DNA from: a bacterium
GTDB taxonomy: Bacteria > Zhuqueibacterota > Zhuqueibacteria > Oceanimicrobiales > Oceanimicrobiaceae
Assembly (NCBI GenBank): GCA_046758365.1
Contig: JBHIAC010000049.1
Coordinates: 1-19,626 of the forward strand
Direction: 5' to 3'
DNA length: 19,626 bases
Position numbers and translations under genes: made by a program. Below, one piece after another: positions 17,159 to 19,626 of the stretch; the stretch's first letter is position 1, and each line of letters opens with the position of its first letter. A model generated the notes under the pieces. It was not told where the DNA came from. It ran no database searches and saw only the letters and a list, made by a program, of their open reading frames with translations.

Positions 17159-18520
17159 ATGACAAAGATTTTAATAGTAGAAGATGATCGAAACACCCTT
17201 TCAGGCCTAGTGGAAATTTTAGGTCAGGAAGGCTTTGACGTGGTTGGTGTTGAGAGCACTAAAAAAGCATTAAAGATCCTTAAATCAGAAGGCTTTGATA
17301 TATTACTCACAGATTTAAAAATGCCAGATATGAGCGGCATGGAACTTTATGAGCGTTCTTTACCATTAGCGCCAGAAATGAAAACCATTGTCATGACTGC
17401 TTATAGTTCGGTAAAAGATGCTGTGGAGGCAATGAAAAAAGGCGTCTACGAATATCTCACCAAACCTTTGGATTTGGATGAGTTATTTGTGATTGTGGAA
17501 AAAGCCATTGGTGAACAAAAAATCCTCCGGGAAAACATAGAATTAAAAAAACAAGTCAAATCCACATACAGCTTCCAAAATATTGTAGGACAGAGCCAGA
17601 ACATGCAGCAGATGTTCAGCACAATTGTGAAGGTTGCTAAAACTCAATCCACGATATTGATTCGAGGAGAGAGTGGCACTGGTAAAGAGTTGGTGGCGCG
17701 GGCCATACATTATAATAGTCCAAGAAATAACAAACCGCTGATTGAAATTAGCTGTGCCTCCTTTCCAGAAACCCTTTTGGAAAGTGAACTTTTTGGTTAT
17801 GAAAAGGGCGCTTTCACTGGCGCAGAAACTACGAAAAAAGGTCGATTTGAACTAGCCCATGAGGGTACCATTTTTTTAGATGAAATTGGTGACATTACAG
17901 AAAGCGTTCAAACTAAATTACTTCGTGTATTACAAGAAAAGGAAATTACTCATCTTGGAGGCACAAAAACTATCAAGGTTGATGTTCGGGTCATCACAGC
18001 TACCAATCGAAATCTTGAAAAAGCTATAAAAGAGGGTAAATTCCGTGAGGATCTATATTACCGTTTGAATGTCATTCCAATTCTTTTACCTCCGCTTAGA
18101 GAACGAAAAGATGACATACCACTTTTATTGGATTACTTTATAAAGAAATTTAGCAGAGAAAATAAAATACCAGCCCCAAGAATTTCTGAAGAAGCCATCA
18201 AACTCTGTATGAGATACAACTGGCCGGGAAATGTTCGTGAGTTGGAGAATGCTATTGAGAATGCCATCGTTTTGGGTGAAGGCTCGACTATCTTATCAGA
18301 CCATCTGCCCTTTGGTATCCAAATGAAATTACAAGAAAAGATATCATTAGACTTTCTAAATATTTCCGATACAAGCTATAAAGATAAAATGGAAGCAGCC
18401 GAAAAGGCCGTGTTGTTGGACGCCATTGAAAAAGCAAGGGGAAACAAATCTGAAGCAGCTAAAACGTTGGACATTAGTTTGAGAACGATGAGGTATAAAA
18501 TAAAAAAGTATGGTCTTTAA
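17159..18520 (+). CDS. sigma54-dependent response regulator (NtrC/AtoC family: REC-AAA+-HTH)
   Basis: REC (EDD, TDLKMP, TAY, KP), [39 protein letters not shown] and a Fis-type HTH. Confidence 0.96.
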   Translation: MTKILIVEDDRNTLSGLVEILGQEGFDVVGVESTKKALKILKSEGFDILLTDLKMPDMSGMELYERSLPLAPEMKTIVMTAYSSVKDAVEAMKKGVYEYLTKPLDLDELFVIVEKAIGEQKILRENIELKKQVKSTYSFQNIVGQSQNMQQMFSTIVKVAKTQSTILIRGESGTGKELVARAIHYNSPRNNKPLIEISCASFPETLLESELFGYEKGAFTGAETTKKGRFELAHEGTIFLDEIGDITESVQTKLLRVLQEKEITHLGGTKTIKVDVRVITATNRNLEKAIKEGKFREDLYYRLNVIPILLPPLRERKDDIPLLLDYFIKKFSRENKIPAPRISEEAIKLCMRYNWPGNVRELENAIENAIVLGEGSTILSDHLPFGIQMKLQEKISLDFLNISDTSYKDKMEAAEKAVLLDAIEKARGNKSEAAKTLDISLRTMRYKIKKYGL

Positions 18521-18552
18521 ATAATTCTAATATACATTGATGGAGTGAATGA

Positions 18553-18729
18553 ATGATAAATAAGATTACCATTGATGCAATACCCTTTTTGGCCACCGCA
18601 ATTTTGGGATTGATTTATGTATATTTTTTTATTGGAAAAGATCCTGTACTTTTGGTTATATTTGGATTACAAACACTCCGAGGTGGTATAGCTCTGAGGG
18701 TTACTTTTAAATCAGGCAAAAAAAGATGA
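18553..18729 (+). CDS. Putative 58-aa membrane microprotein
   Basis: GGAG SD 7 nt before ATG 18553; MINKITIDAIPFLATAILGLIYVYFFIGKDPVLLVIFGLQTLRGGIALRVTFKSGKKR*. ATGA overlap with the next gene. Confidence 0.6.
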   Translation: MINKITIDAIPFLATAILGLIYVYFFIGKDPVLLVIFGLQTLRGGIALRVTFKSGKKR

Positions 18730-19626
18730 TTTCTCTTAGGTGCATGGCTAAGAAGGATTTACACCGTGTCAATTTAATCCTTTCAAAATCTTTTACCCAC
18801 GCTCGTATTCAAGATGGTTATCGGTCCGATCATATTCCTCTTTGTCGTATTGAATTTTTGGAAATGTATTTAGCCTCTAATCCCAATGGATCTTTTATAA
18901 TTGAAAAGGATGGAGATATCATCGCCTACTGTTTTTCGCGTCTCTGGGGAACCGTTGGATGGGTTGGACCCTTAAGTGTAATTCCTTCAGAGGAAGGCCA
19001 TGGCTATGGAAAAGAAGTTGTTTCAGCTTGCCTCGAATTTCTCAAAAAAAATGGTGCCCAAACCATAGGACTTGAAATGCCTTCCCATTCCAACAGAAAT
19101 TTGGGGTTCTATACAAAATTGGGATTTATACCAGGCAAACTAACGGTAGATTTTATACATCATGTTTTTCCAAAAGCAAGCCAGAAACAACCTAAAGGAT
19201 TTAATACGGTCAAATTTAGTAAGAAGGACCCTATTAATAAAGAAAAATTTTTGACACAAATGAGACGTTTGTCCAATTCCTTGGAACCTGGATTGGATTA
19301 CACCAGAGAAATTAAATTGGCAACCGAGTATGGTTTCGGGGATGCTTGTTTGATGACCAAAGATCAAATAGTTTTGGGCTTTATTATAGCTCACACTGAA
19401 CCTTATTCCCAGGAAGAAGCACGGCAATACCTTAAAATAAATGTATTGCAAATGTCTTCAGATTTACCCATTAACACTTTGGATGCATTTCTTGAGGAAG
19501 TAGAAAATTGGGCTCGAGCTGAATATTTAACAGAAATTTATCTTCGGGTGCCCACTCGCTATTGTTGGGGTTATGAGTATATCGCAAAAAGAGATTTTAA
19601 AATAGTACATAGTGACCTTCGCATGA
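18726..19626 (+). CDS. GNAT family N-acetyltransferase, probably two-domain; runs off the window end
   Basis: Manual translation MISLRCMAKKD...GWVGPLSVIPSEEGHGYGKEVV (motif A)...NLGFYTKLGF (motif B); open for 300 codons to the end of the window. Confidence 0.88.
   Translation, partial: MISLRCMAKKDLHRVNLILSKSFTHARIQDGYRSDHIPLCRIEFLEMYLASNPNGSFIIEKDGDIIAYCFSRLWGTVGWVGPLSVIPSEEGHGYGKEVVSACLEFLKKNGAQTIGLEMPSHSNRNLGFYTKLGFIPGKLTVDFIHHVFPKASQKQPKGFNTVKFSKKDPINKEKFLTQMRRLSNSLEPGLDYTREIKLATEYGFGDACLMTKDQIVLGFIIAHTEPYSQEEARQYLKINVLQMSSDLPINTLDAFLEEVENWARAEYLTEIYLRVPTRYCWGYEYIAKRDFKIVHSDLRM

Noticed and set aside
1468..19451. Short antisense or overlapping ORFs (1468-1734, 2032-2244, 5931-6125, 9111-9299, 9170-9439, 10583-10819, 11353-11715, 13521-13721, 14104-14361, 14156-14356, 15397-15630, 15602-15820, 19140-19451)
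   Set aside because: Shadows of well-supported genes on the opposite strand, with no recognisable motifs.
1..19626. CRISPR array or tandem repeat array
   Set aside because: No regularly spaced direct repeats were seen in any intergenic region, and there are no cas genes.

Overview
AT-rich bacterial chromosomal window. The gene content (GWxTD protein, lamin-tail-domain exported protein, MglAB) suggests an FCB-associated lineage such as KSB1 or Calditrichota; this is inference only. The left half (1-8.3 kb) is accessory-like. It contains a partial secreted LTD-type protein, tRNA-Val(CAC), a PHP hydrolase, a glycine-zipper membrane protein, a GWxTD protein behind a sigma54-type promoter, a DUF2470/HugZ-like remnant, a metallophosphoesterase-mglB-mglA-second roadblock module, a GC-rich two-hairpin candidate sRNA with an anti-Shine-Dalgarno loop, and an orphan secreted protein with a sigma54-like promoter and upstream palindrome. 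The right half is a long co-directional run: tRNA-Leu(TAG), tig, clpP, clpX, lon, an unannotated ATA-start membrane microprotein, engB, a class V aminotransferase, a short serA-like dehydrogenase, an orphan NtrC-family regulator, a 58-aa membrane microprotein and a partial GNAT. The most interesting signals are the candidate sRNA, which may pair with the mglB RBS, the expanded MglAB/roadblock module, a possible local sigma54 regulon, and two microproteins missing from the ORF track. No integrase, IS or CRISPR array was seen.
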